DNA of 64,000 nucleotides from NCBI GenBank assembly GCA_965217895.1, contig CBDCJV010000002.1:4512001-4576000 (forward strand), in the 5' to 3' direction. The first letter of the stretch is position 1; every line of letters begins with the position of its first letter. The DNA comes from Waterburya sp. GTDB lineage: Bacteria; Cyanobacteriota; Cyanobacteriia; Cyanobacteriales; Xenococcaceae. The position numbers were made by a program, and so were the translations under genes. The notes beneath the pieces are model-generated. The model did not search any database. It saw only the letters and a list, made by a program, of their open reading frames with translations, and was not told the origin of the DNA. Below are positions 32,702 through 45,464 of this stretch, piece after piece.

Positions 32702-35700
32702 AATTCAACACCTAAAATTACTAATGTACTCAATAATAGCGCAACAAATATCTGGTCAGATTTACTCCAATCAGAAACACAGCTAGATATTGATTTCCAA
32801 ATTACCGACTTACCCAAAGGACAACTAGCGTCAGCTACCATTACTGGCTTTGACGATGCTGGTAAACCCAACGCAGGAACAATCCTCATCGACCATGATG
32901 CCAACGGGATCGGCTGGTTTATTGACGAAACACCACTAGATAATTCAGAATTTACTGCTCAAAATACAGACAGTTACCTACTCGCTGCCACCGAGTCTGA
33001 AGCTGATGGTAAGTACGATCTTCTAACTACCGTTCTCCACGAACTGGCTCACCTGTACGGTTTTATAGAAGGGTATTCAGGGTTTGACGATTTTGTGTCT
33101 GGGGAAAGGGAAAAGGTAAAAGGTGAAGGGAAAGAATCTGATACCTTTACCCCTGACCCCTTAACCTTTAACCAAGGCGAAACCTTATCTTTTGATGGCG
33201 AACACCTAGATAAATCCGTTCATCCTTACGATCTATTGAATACCCATCTCGCGCCAGGAATGCGTAAACTACCTTCCGAGCTAGACGTACAAATACTACA
33301 GGCTATTCTGGCTGAGTCAGACGGGGCGACTTTAAGACGGGGCGACGGGGAGAATTTGGAGGCATCTTTAACTTCAGATCCCTTGCTAGCTATCAATAAC
33401 GGCGACTTTGAGATATCTGACACCACTACCGATAGCTTTGCCTGGGATACTCGTGGTGCTAGCGGTATAGAAAACGGTCAAGCAGTACTGACAGAAAATT
33501 CTCCATTCTTAAGTAACTTCACCCAAACCTTTACCGTTCCTGAAGAGGCGAAAACAATTCAGTTTAAGTTAATCGAGACTCAACTAGGAGCGAGTGAATT
33601 AGCACCACCCGATGCTTTTGAGGTGGCTTTACTTGATGCCAACACCAATGAATCTCTAGTAACTGATACTGGCTTAACGGAAACAGATTCTCTACTCAAT
33701 ATCCAGAATGACGGCACGGCATACTTTAGCGATAAGGTAAGAATCGGCGGAGCAACATCGGGAGACATTATCGGACTCGATCGATCCCGCACCGTTACCG
33801 TAGATATCTCCGACCTTACTCCAGGTACAGAAGCCACACTCTACTTCGACCTGCTTGGCTTTGGTGATGTAGATAGCCGCGTGGTAATTGATGATGTACG
33901 CCTATCAGACCAAAATCTCTTACCGCCTACGGTAGTAGACGACACTGCTACGACTACTCAAGGACAATCTACCATTATTGATATCCTTGCCAATGATACA
34001 GACGATGATGGCGCGATCGCAACTGACTCAATTCAAATCGCCACCGAACCTACTAACGGTACAGTAACCGTTAATGATGACGGCACTGTCTCTTATACTC
34101 CAAGCGATCGCTTTGTTGGTACAGACAGCTTTACCTATACAGTCCAAGATAACGATACTCAATCCTCCGAAGCCGCTACGGTTAACATCACGGTAGAAAA
34201 TGCTGCGCCAGAGATTACCGAGGTTCAGATTCCCGATAACATTACTGAAGGAGATGAAGTTACACTGAAGGCGATCGCAACTGATGCAGGTAATGATGAA
34301 TTGACCTACACTTGGGAGTTTGGTGATGGCAGTCAAGCTGAGGGTCAAAGTGTAAATCGCACTTATGCAAACAACGGCACCTATGCAGGTTCGGTTACGG
34401 TAACAGATACCTTTGGCGGTAGCAATACCCAAACCTTTAAAGTAGTGGTTGAAAATGCTGCACCAGTAGTTGATGCAGGAGAAGATCGGACTGTTGATGA
34501 AGGAAGCAGTGTAGCCTTTACTGGCAGCTTTACCGATGCTGGCATCAACGATACCCACACAGTTACCTGGGACTTTGGCGATGGCTCTAATCAATTATCA
34601 ATAAACAATGAACAATTATCAATAGAACATACTTACACTGATGATGGGGAGTATATAGCGACTTATACAGTTACAGATAATGACGGTGCGGTAAGTAGCG
34701 ATGAGCTTACAGTTACCGTAAACAATGTAGCTCCTACCATTACTAATCTTACAGGTGATAGTTCAGTCAAAGAGGGCGATCGCGCCAACTTCTCTGCTTC
34801 TGCTACAGATCCAGGCTCTGACGAGCTATCTTACACTTGGGACTTCGGTGATGGAGAAACTGCTACAGGCACAGACGTTACTCACGCCTTTGCTCAAAAT
34901 GGCAACTATACCGTAACTGCTACAGTCACCGACGATGATGGAGCTTTTACAAATTCTACTCTTGAAGTAGTTGTCAATAATGTCGCTCCAGTAATTGAAA
35001 GCTTGACTGGTGATACAGAGGTTAATGAGGGCGATGTTGCTAACTTTAGCGCGATCGCCATTGATTCTGGCAACGATGAATTAACCTACAGTTGGGACTT
35101 CGGCGATGATAGCGAGGCTGTAACTGGTCGAGATGTAAATCATACCTTTTTTGATAACGGCGACTATATAGTAACCCTAACTGTTACAGATTCTGATGGA
35201 GCTTCCACTAGTCAAACATTAGATGTGGCAGTAAGTAATATAGCTCCTACTATTACCGAAGCCAGTGGCGATCGCATTATTAATGAAGGCGACACAGCTA
35301 GTTTTACTGCATCTGCGACCGACCCTGGCAATGACACCTTGACCTACACCTGGAATTTAGCTGACGGTACGGAATTAACGGGATCAAATGTATCTCATAC
35401 CTTCATCGAAGATGGGGAATATGATGTCAATCTCATCGTCACCGATGATGATGGTGCGACCGCCACACAGACTCTAACTATCACCGTCAATAACCTTGCT
35501 CCTGTAGTTAATGCAGGAGAAGATCGAGTTGGTGATGAGGGTAGCCCAGTCGCATTCAATGCCAGCTTTAGCGATCCTGGTATAGAAGATACTCATACAA
35601 TTGCCTGGGACTTCGGCGATGGTAATACAGTTACCGACACCTTGGATCCTACTCACGTTTATATCAACAATGGCGAATATGATGTCAGTCTGACTATTAC

Positions 35701-36720
35701 TGACGATGAAGGAGCAAGCACCACCAGTACTCTAAAGGTCACGGTAAATAACGTTACCCCGACGATTACATCTTTGACTGGTGATACAGAAATAAATGAA
35801 GGTGATGTGGCGAACTTTAGTGCCGTAGCTACTGACCCAGGAGCCGACGAACTTACATACACTTGGGACTTCGGCGATGGCACTACCCCAATAAACGGTC
35901 AAAACGCTACTTATCAATATCTGCAAGATGGGATATATAATACTACCCTTACCGTCTCAGATTCAGACGGTGCATCTACCAGCCAAACTACTCAAATTAC
36001 GGTCAATAATCTCCCTCCTACCGTCTCAGCTGGCAATAATCAAACGGTATACATCGGCGAAGCCGTCAACTTCAACGGCACCTTTGGCGATCGCGGTTCT
36101 CTCGATACCCACACCGTTACCTGGAACTTTGGTGACAACACCAGCACCAGCGCTACCAACAATCCCACCCATACCTATACGGCAGAGGGAATTTACACGG
36201 TTAATTACAGCGTCAGGGATGACAGGAATGCCAGTAGCAGCGATACCCTACAGCTAACGGTATTGAAGCTACCCACCCTATCGGTCAATGACATCAGCAT
36301 TGTCGAAGGGGATAGTGGCACGGCTAATGCCCTATTTACCGTTAGTCTAAATGAAGCCAGTACCCGTGCCGTGAAGGTTAATTACAGTACGGCTAACGGT
36401 ACGGCTACTGCTGGCTCTGACTATACAGCCACTTCAGGTACGCTGACCTTCAATCCAGGACAAACCAGTCAAACTGTAGCTGTTTCCGTCACAGGCGATC
36501 GCCTAGATGAAATCGATGAAAACTTCCGTCTCAATCTCACCAGTCCAGTTAATGCGACTATCGCCGATAACAGGGGCATGGCGACGATTATCGATAACGA
36601 TCCCGCTCCTAGCTTAACTATTAATGACTCCACTATTACCGAAGGCGACAATGGTACGAGCAATCTCACCTTTACCGTTAACCTCTCTGGGGCTAGTGGT
36701 AAAACCGTTACGGCTAATTA

Positions 36721-37813
36721 AGTGGTCAAGCAAAATTAATTACACTGGTAAATAGAAAGTCAAAACGAGAGTGAAAAGAGTGCATTTAGAGGGAAAACTG
36801 AGTTCAGAAACAGTCAAAATATTATGGCGATTGTATCGTCAACACCGCGATTAGAGAGGCTTTCTGACCGAAAGCCTCTCTCGCGGCCAAAGTAAAAACT
36901 ATCAAGTAAGAGCTAGAGCGCACTGTATATTGCTGATCGACTCAAGATACGAGCTGGAAGAACTAATTGAAATCTTTGGAGTTAGCCGAAAAACAATATA
37001 CAACTGGAAAAATAACTGGTCAAAGTACAAATTAGTAGGTTTGTATAATCGGCTTGGAAGAGGAAGAAAAGAAATTTTTAGTACGCCACAAAAACAGCAG
37101 ATTAAAAAGTGGGTTACACAAAATCCGAAAAACCTTAAGCAGGTAATTGAAAAAATCAGAGAAGAATGGGGAATAGTTGCTAGCAAAGACACAGTTAAAA
37201 GAATTCTAAAATGTCTGGCAATGAAATGGAAGAGAGTGAGAAAAGTAACCAATGGGCAACCAGACAAAAAGATGTACGAAGTCAAAAAGCAAATTCTCAA
37301 AGCTTTACAAAGGTTATCACAGCAGGGAAGTATAGATTTAAGCTATTTGGACGAAACAGGATTCTGTCTCACTCCTTATGTTCCCTACGCTTGGCAAGAA
37401 ACAAAACAGCAAGTGGGAATAGATAGCAAACAAAGTAAACGACTAAATATTCTAGGTCTTTTAAATAGAGAAAACGAGTTATATTCTTACATTAGTGAAG
37501 TAGTAATTAAATTTTTGGATTTATATGTTCAACAAATCAACAAATCCACGGTAGTAGTTTTAGACAATGCCCCCATTCATCGCTCACTAGCATTTCGGAA
37601 AAAGATAGCACAATGGCGTAAGCAGAAAATGGAAATCTTTTGGTTGCCAACCTATTCTCCTCAACTGAACTTAATAGAAATTTTGTGGCGATTTATGAAA
37701 TATGAATGGATCGAAGCTCAAGCTTACACAAGCTGGAAGCATTTAACTCATCACGTCGAACATATTTTGCGAGATTTCGGCGATCGCTATGTAATTAATT
37801 TTGCATAGGTACT
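36721..37813 (+). mobile_element. IS630-family element; transposase N-terminus interrupted by a 48-bp hairpin
   Basis: IR core GCAAAATTAATTAC at both ends, TA flanks. YLDETGF, VLDNAPIH, LPTYSPQLNLIE. Confidence 0.9.
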
Positions 37814-37815
37814 TA

Positions 37816-39989
37816 TAGTAGGTAATCCCTCGACCACGATTAAAATATTTACTGTTTGCCCCTGCATTGAGAGTCTGTACGGGAACGACAAAGCGCCTTC
37901 CATCGGCGGAAGCTACTTCACCACCACCCCAGCTTTGGACGATGGAAATCTTAGTTTGGGCATCAACTAACCGCGCATTAGCTTTGGTGACAGTATCAGG
38001 GCGAAAATAATTTTGTTCCACCCAGGATAAGCGTCCTCTCGTAAGTGCAGGAATTCTTTTTCTCACCAAGGGCGACAGTCCAATATTACAACCTTGAGCA
38101 ATAAGCACCGCACAGATGCTAGTTGAAAGATCTTTAACCTTGGCAAAACTTTCATTAAGATGGGTAAATTCGTCCATAAAACCCGTCTTGGCATTGATTT
38201 CCAACAAGACTTCGGGAAGATCGACTTGAGGTAATAGAGATTCAACTTTATCCCTCAAATTTAGATAACTTTTTGGGTCATCTAACTTATCCAGATTTCT
38301 GATGGTAAGGGTTTCTTTACCCTTGAGGTCTACTTCGATTCTGACTTCTGAGTTTTGAGGTAGGTTTGACGCAGTTTTAGTATAGGCTTGGTTTAACTGC
38401 TCCTGTAATACTTTCAGTTCTGGTTCTGGCTTGGAATTGAGTTCTAAAGTCCGACAGACCGATGTTCGTGCTGATTCCCATGCTTTTCCTTTGAGGAGCT
38501 TGGCACGAGGATTACTCCATCTTTCTCCCTTGGAAACAAACAAGTCGCGACGGCGTAATCCTTCCAATAACTGTCCGAGAACGCAGAAAGTGTATGCCCG
38601 ACGATCAATATCACCATCAGAGTTGACTACCCAAACAGCCCATTTTTTATCAACTATCTTTAAAGGCGCAGCATCCATTTTAGGGTTTCTTTTACCTTCA
38701 ATAGATTGGAGGAATTGCCATGCTTCGAGGGTTTTTTGACCAGCCTGATTACCTTCAAAATCAATGATTGAAAGTAGTTTGGGAAGAAAGCGACGAACCG
38801 AACGCCATTGCTTCAATAACTCGTCATAATAATTATCTTCTGGGGGACGAGCTATATCTTCGACATCAGTAATAGCTGAACTCAACTGTTCTGGAGTTAG
38901 CCGCTGCCAAACCTCTTCTCTAACTTGAGTATCTTCGGTAGCAGGATTAAGAAGAACTCTACAGGCTGTGGCTAGCTGCAACGCAGCAGCGTCTAGATCC
39001 CTGAGAGTTCTTAGGCGGTTTTTTCTCCCATCTGCTTGAGACTTAGCTAAAATATCTTTGACTAATAAATTCAGAACATCAAGAGCATCATCAATGGCGA
39101 TCGCTTCCATAACGTAAGCCCAGGCTACTAAAGTGGCAATTCTTCTTTCGGTAGACATTCGAGCAATCGCTTGCGCTCTGAGGGTAAAAGCAGTTTTAGA
39201 AAGAGCCTTGAAACGAATTGGTGGTATTTTACCTACATCTAATTTGTTGATGCCCAAAGCGCGAACTGTAACTAGACGATTTAAGGCATTAACCAAACTG
39301 GGCGCACTTTTCCTAGTAGGTGATTTTCTTAATTGTTCGAGAGGAGTAGTTCTGACTTTTTCTCCCACCACAATCAATGCTTCTAAATTCTCTATTTGCT
39401 TGGAATTGGGAAGCTTGGAGAGGATTTTCCAAGTGCGGTTAGCTACTCTTTCTCTAACTGCTGATATTAGTCGAGATAATACCGTTACTCCTGGCAGGAA
39501 GATTTTCTGTTCGACTAATCTAGCAGTGGTCAAATCAAACATCATTGAAGGACTTTCTCCACCTATCCAAGCCCTTTGATATAACCAACGAACTAAACGC
39601 CAGTGTCCTGGCTGCTCACTGAAATCACGATAGCCATAATGCCTCTTGATTACTAAGATATGTTCCCAGTGGGTATTGGTACGAAGCAAATATTGTGGCA
39701 AACAACTTATATCCACAATTTCTAGCTGAGATGCCAAATAATCAATCACTCCTTGAGGGACATCAATGGGATCGAGCAAAAACGTTCCTAAAAAGCGAAC
39801 CGTACACAATTGAATAGCAAAACCGAGTCGATTGTAGTCACCACGACGTTTCTGGACTAATTGTTTGGCAGCATCGTCAAGATGAAAGTAATGAGCTAAT
39901 TGAACAGAGGTTGGTTCGCCAACATAACGCCCATAACTATGTTGTTGTTCCGATGTAAGAAACCGAGATGACAAGCCCGAAAAATCCAA
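37816..39989 (-). pseudogene. tnpA: Tn3-family transposase truncated by IS630
   Basis: NRLGFAIQLCTVRFLG, WGGGEVASADG...GRGITYY; cut at about 725 aa, before the rest of the DDE domain. Confidence 0.9.
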
Positions 39990-40079
39990 TAATGTATCAT
40001 TAAAACTATAGTCTATTTGGTACGCTTAAAAGTAATGACACCGTAAGGGTTTTAACCGCCTTGGGACAGGAGGGTTTAA

Positions 40080-40694
40080 ATGGTACAGAAAGTGGCTATT
40101 TACTGTCGGGTTTCAACTACAGATCAATCTTGTTCTCGTCAGGAACTAGATCTAAAAGCTTATGCCAAGAAAGCAGGTTATGAAGTCGTTGGTGTTTGGA
40201 AAGAAACTGCTTCAGGTAGTAAAAATAATCGCCTTGAAAGAAAACAAGTTATGATATTAGCCCAGACTCGCAAAATTGATGGAGTATTAGTTACAGAACT
40301 AACTCGCTGGGGTCGCTCAACTATCGACCTAATTAGCACTTTACAGGATTTAGCTCACTGGGGGGTTTCGGTGATAGCTACGACGGGAATTCAGTTCGAT
40401 TTAACTACCCCTCAAGGAAAATTAATTGCTTCGGTAATGGCTTCATTGGCTGAGTTTGAAAGGGATTTAGTCAGAGAAAGAGTTTGTTCTGGCTTGGCTG
40501 CTGCGAAGACTAAGGGTAAAAAATTAGGTCGAAAACCAGGACAGAGAGTTAAAGCCGATAAGTTTGCCCCTAAAGTTTTGCAGATGGTTACGGAGGGTCA
40601 TTCTTATCGACATATAGCTCAGTCACTTCATTTAAGTAAGACAACTGTGAATGAAATTGTCAAACGTCATAGACGCGCAAATGTAACCCTCTAG
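40080..40694 (+). CDS. Serine resolvase/recombinase of the Tn3 element
   Basis: AIYCRVST, LTRWGRS, AEFERDLVRERV, C-terminal HTH; divergent from tnpA. Confidence 0.92.
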   Translation: MVQKVAIYCRVSTTDQSCSRQELDLKAYAKKAGYEVVGVWKETASGSKNNRLERKQVMILAQTRKIDGVLVTELTRWGRSTIDLISTLQDLAHWGVSVIATTGIQFDLTTPQGKLIASVMASLAEFERDLVRERVCSGLAAAKTKGKKLGRKPGQRVKADKFAPKVLQMVTEGHSYRHIAQSLHLSKTTVNEIVKRHRRANVTL

Positions 40695-40707
40695 TTCATC
40701 CTCAACC

Positions 40708-40758
40708 ATGACGAATTCAAAAACTATCTATCAACTGAAAATCAGTCTCAGAGATATT
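40708..40758 (+). pseudogene. pRiA4b ORF-3-like N-terminal stub cut by IS630
   Basis: MTNSKTIYQLKISLRDI followed directly by an IS end. Confidence 0.5.
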
Positions 40759-41921
40759 ATACTAAATCCGATTTATAAAGTATGTAAACAACAAGCGTTT
40801 TTTAGCCAATGATAGTTAGTCAATTTACGAACTTCATCTTTCATTTCACTGACTACACAACAACGCTCAACTAAAATGTCCTCTATCTCATTGATAGTTT
40901 CAAAATATTGATTTACCAGAGGTTCATCTACTAACTGCCATAACCTTTCGGCTGGCTGTAACTCTGGAGAATAAGGAGGTAAAAAATCAATCTTTATTCC
41001 CTCTGGAATAATCGCTTTTTTGCTGTGATGCCATCCTGCATTATCTTCTATCAAAAGAATTTTTTTTGATTATTAATTCCAGCATCAATAGCAAACTGTT
41101 GATAAACCAGATTCAGCCAATTTGTATTAACTCTGGGAATTAGATACCATAAAGTTTCTCCAGTTTTTGGCTTAACGAACCCATAAACATACAACCATTC
41201 GTATCGATGTTGTACTATTGCTTCTGGTCGATGACCAACTTTTGACCAAACCTTTTTTAGTATTGGTTTTAATCCTGCTCTATGCTCGTCGAAAAACCAC
41301 AGTTCTACCTCCACATCTGGATTTTCTTGTTCAAGTTGCTTAAGTTTCAATGGCAAGTTACTTTTGAACATCTCTTGCTCTAATTTATTGGCTTTTTTAT
41401 GTGTTGGTCTTGGACTTTGCCAAGAGTAACCGCACTTTTTTAAGTAGTCCCATCCTCTCTGATTCCCGACTTTTTCTCTGCCCGTTTCTTTTTCAATCCA
41501 GCGAGCTACCTTAGTTCCTGTCCAGATTTCTCCGTCTGGTAACTCTTTGGCGATCGCTTTTGTTAGTTTTTCTAATTGTGGTTGTGATAGTAACCTTTTT
41601 TTTCCTCTAACATGATTGCTGGTTTTATTTTGGCAATTTTTGACCCCTTCCTCTCCATAGAGGTTGTACCGACCGAGAATCTTTTGAGCATAAGAATAAG
41701 AACATCCCACAGCGAGCGCACTATTTTTAATCGTCCATCCCAAAGATATTTTCGCGATTCAGATGCCATCTTCTCACTTCCACTGAGTTTTGACTCTTCA
41801 GATACTTTTCTTTTAGTTCAGAAGAACTAAAATGTTTTGCTAAATAAGCTGTTTTTGGCATTTAACATTTTTAAGTTATTCCTCACTATTTTATACACAC
41901 TTTGGTAATCGGATTTAGTAT
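40759..41921 (-). mobile_element. IS630-family element with frameshifted transposase
   Basis: IR ATACTAAATCCGATT at both ends. FFDEHRAGL, DNAGWH, LPPYSPELQPAE. N-terminus from ATG 41861 is out of frame. Confidence 0.88.
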
Positions 41922-42470
41922 TACATGAGCATTAGGGTTTTGACTAAAACGTAATGCACACCAACGAAGCATTTTTCTTCTGAGAGATTTAAATTCTTTA
42001 AGATTAGGTTTAACAGTAGTTATATCTACATATATTTCTTCACCATTTGGCTTAACAACAAAAACATCGACACGCTTATCTTGGTCTATGTTTGTTACTC
42101 CAGACTGAATACTATTCCTAATCAAAGTTATTTCATTTTGTTTATTAGGTTTTCTTCTTTTTGTTTCTATTTCTGAACAAATTTGATTTATTAAAGCTTC
42201 TGTCTTATTATCTATCTGACCAAATAAATCGTATTGCGTATTTACTTGATAGCCAGCCCCTTCAGCTAATATTTTAGCAATTTGCTCATACAATGACATT
42301 CCAAAAGAAGTATATAAAGACTGCATTATAGATGCAATTACTACCGTTTCCTTGGTGAAAATTGCCTCAAAAAAGGGTTTATAATCTGATTCAGAAGTAT
42401 ATTTTTTGATCTTGTCATTAATCTTACTAGCTATTAAATTTTTAATCTGAAGCCTAGTAGTTTCATTCAC
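41922..42470 (-). pseudogene. Type II restriction endonuclease (TdeIII/MjaII-like) truncated by IS630
   Basis: YKPFFEAI...QSLYTSFGMSLYEQIA...VDVFV...DITTVKPN; C-terminus replaced by IS sequence. Confidence 0.7.
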
Positions 42471-42570
42471 AGTTTAATTTTATAGAGTTTACACTTTTTG
42501 TAACCGTAAACTCATTAGATGTCGAGAGTTTGAGAAGATTTATACGAATTGGCGATTGCTTTTTTACAAC

Positions 42571-42600
42571 AAAAAGAGTAGGCTTAACTATCACCTACTC
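42571..42600 (-). terminator. thiC terminator
   Basis: GAGTAGG/CCTACTC stem followed by a T run on the minus strand. Confidence 0.65.
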
Positions 42601-42634
42601 ATAGTTGAATTTATTTGTAACTATTAGTTGTCAA

Positions 42635-44115
<1,481 letters not shown>

Positions 44116-44489
44116 TTTGGAAATATATCATTTTTTCTGGCTACAATTTCTCCAGACCCTGATAAATTAATTATTTCTTACAATTTGCTCCTAACTTTTA
44201 ATACAGCTACGGCTCAAAATAAAAAAGATGCTCGACAGAACATCTCTAGTTAACAGTAATTGGTATATTTTATCTGCCAGCAGTTTTATAAATGATTTAG
44301 CTGGCAGTATTGATAATCATATTTATCAAATTAATCATAATTTGAACCCAGTGTCGAAGACAGTGATCTCTAGCACACGCATTAAAAATACCGAAGCGAT
44401 CGCACCTTTTAATAAATGGGTTTAAAGCCCCGCCACGATCAATTATTATTGTTAATTGTTAATTGATGAGAGCAACTGTTATTTAGTAT

Positions 44490-45464
44490 TTAATGTACCC
44501 GATCGCTGTCTTGTGGTTTAAATTCATTGCGTCTTAACCGTAGTTGAATATCTTCTAATAGCTGGCGGTTTACTCCCATCAAGTCAGCAACTAAACCAAA
44601 AATTAATAGCTGCACCCCAATTAAAATTAAGATTGCTGCCAAAATTAAGCTAGGAACACGAGGTTTGGCAGGATTATCACCAATAATGCCCCAAAACAGC
44701 AATAACCAACGGCAGCATAATAAGAATCCAACGCTTAAAGGTAAGCTTCCCAAAGCCATAAAGAATTGAAGTGGGCGATAGGTCATAAAGATCCGCACGA
44801 TAGTTAGGATCGAATGCTGTATATATGCCGAGATGCTTTTGACCAGCCGAGAAGGACGTAAATAAGCGTTGGTACGGATCGGCACAGAAGTAATTGCCAA
44901 ACCTCTTTGACCAGCCTGGATGATTGTCTCTAGGGTGTAGGTATATTCGTTGAAAACATTTAGCCTCAAAGCAGCCTCGCGACTAATTGCTCGAAACCCG
45001 CTGGGAGCATCTGGAATGTCGGTTTTGCTAGCGACGCGCACTACCAAACTACCTAACTTTTGTAAGAATTTTTTGAGCGGCGAAAAATGTTTGATATCTT
45101 GAATTTGTCTAGCACCGATAACTATTTCTGCCCTACCTTCAAGGATAGGCGCGATGAGCTTAGGAATATCCCCTGCACAATATTGATTATCAGCATCGGT
45201 ATTGACAATAATATCTGCTCCCGCCTTCAAACAAGCTTCAATTCCTGCCATAAAGCCCTTTGCTAGCCCTTGATTAGACTTAAAATCAACAATATGATCT
45301 ACACCACAGGCTTGAGCAACTTCCAGGGTGCGATCGCGACTACCATCATTGATAATCAACCATTCGACTCGATCTATACCTGGTAGCTGGCGGGGAAGTT
45401 CAGACAAAGCTAACCCCAAAGTTGCTTCCTCGTTATAACAAGGAATTTGAATAATCAGTTTCAT
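44490..45464 (-). CDS. Glycosyltransferase family 2
   Basis: IPCYNEE, INDGSRD, TDADNQY. Confidence 0.92.
   Translation of the reverse strand: MKLIIQIPCYNEEATLGLALSELPRQLPGIDRVEWLIINDGSRDRTLEVAQACGVDHIVDFKSNQGLAKGFMAGIEACLKAGADIIVNTDADNQYCAGDIPKLIAPILEGRAEIVIGARQIQDIKHFSPLKKFLQKLGSLVVRVASKTDIPDAPSGFRAISREAALRLNVFNEYTYTLETIIQAGQRGLAITSVPIRTNAYLRPSRLVKSISAYIQHSILTIVRIFMTYRPLQFFMALGSLPLSVGFLLCCRWLLLFWGIIGDNPAKPRVPSLILAAILILIGVQLLIFGLVADLMGVNRQLLEDIQLRLRRNEFKPQDSDRVH

Larger units (their letters stand above)
27203..36721 (+). pseudogene. Giant multidomain surface/secreted protein (Ig-like, beta-propeller-like, degenerate alpha/beta-hydrolase, NucA-type nuclease, HEXXH, Ig/cadherin-like, 8 PKD, Calx-beta), truncated at both ends
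   Basis: Frame open from at least 27203 with no start or signal peptide. NRGH...SNALPQ nuclease at about 31145-32080. HELAH at 33038. YTWDFGDG PKD repeats at about 34200-36270. Stop lies at the IS630 TA junction. Confidence 0.85.

Noticed and set aside
34028..35926. Other antisense ORFs in the giant gene (34028-34594, 35474-35656, 35659-35883; also 28687-29025, 32605-32904)
   Set aside because: No family motifs or convincing start context; shadows of the coding strand, unlike 32138-32701.
36902..37300. 132-aa minus-strand ORF
   Set aside because: Antisense to the IS630 transposase; no independent evidence.
38431..39579. + strand ORFs inside Tn3 tnpA
   Set aside because: Antisense shadow ORFs with no recognisable features.
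44228..44425. 65-aa ORF upstream of the TPP riboswitch
   Set aside because: No motifs or RBS; cannot be supported.
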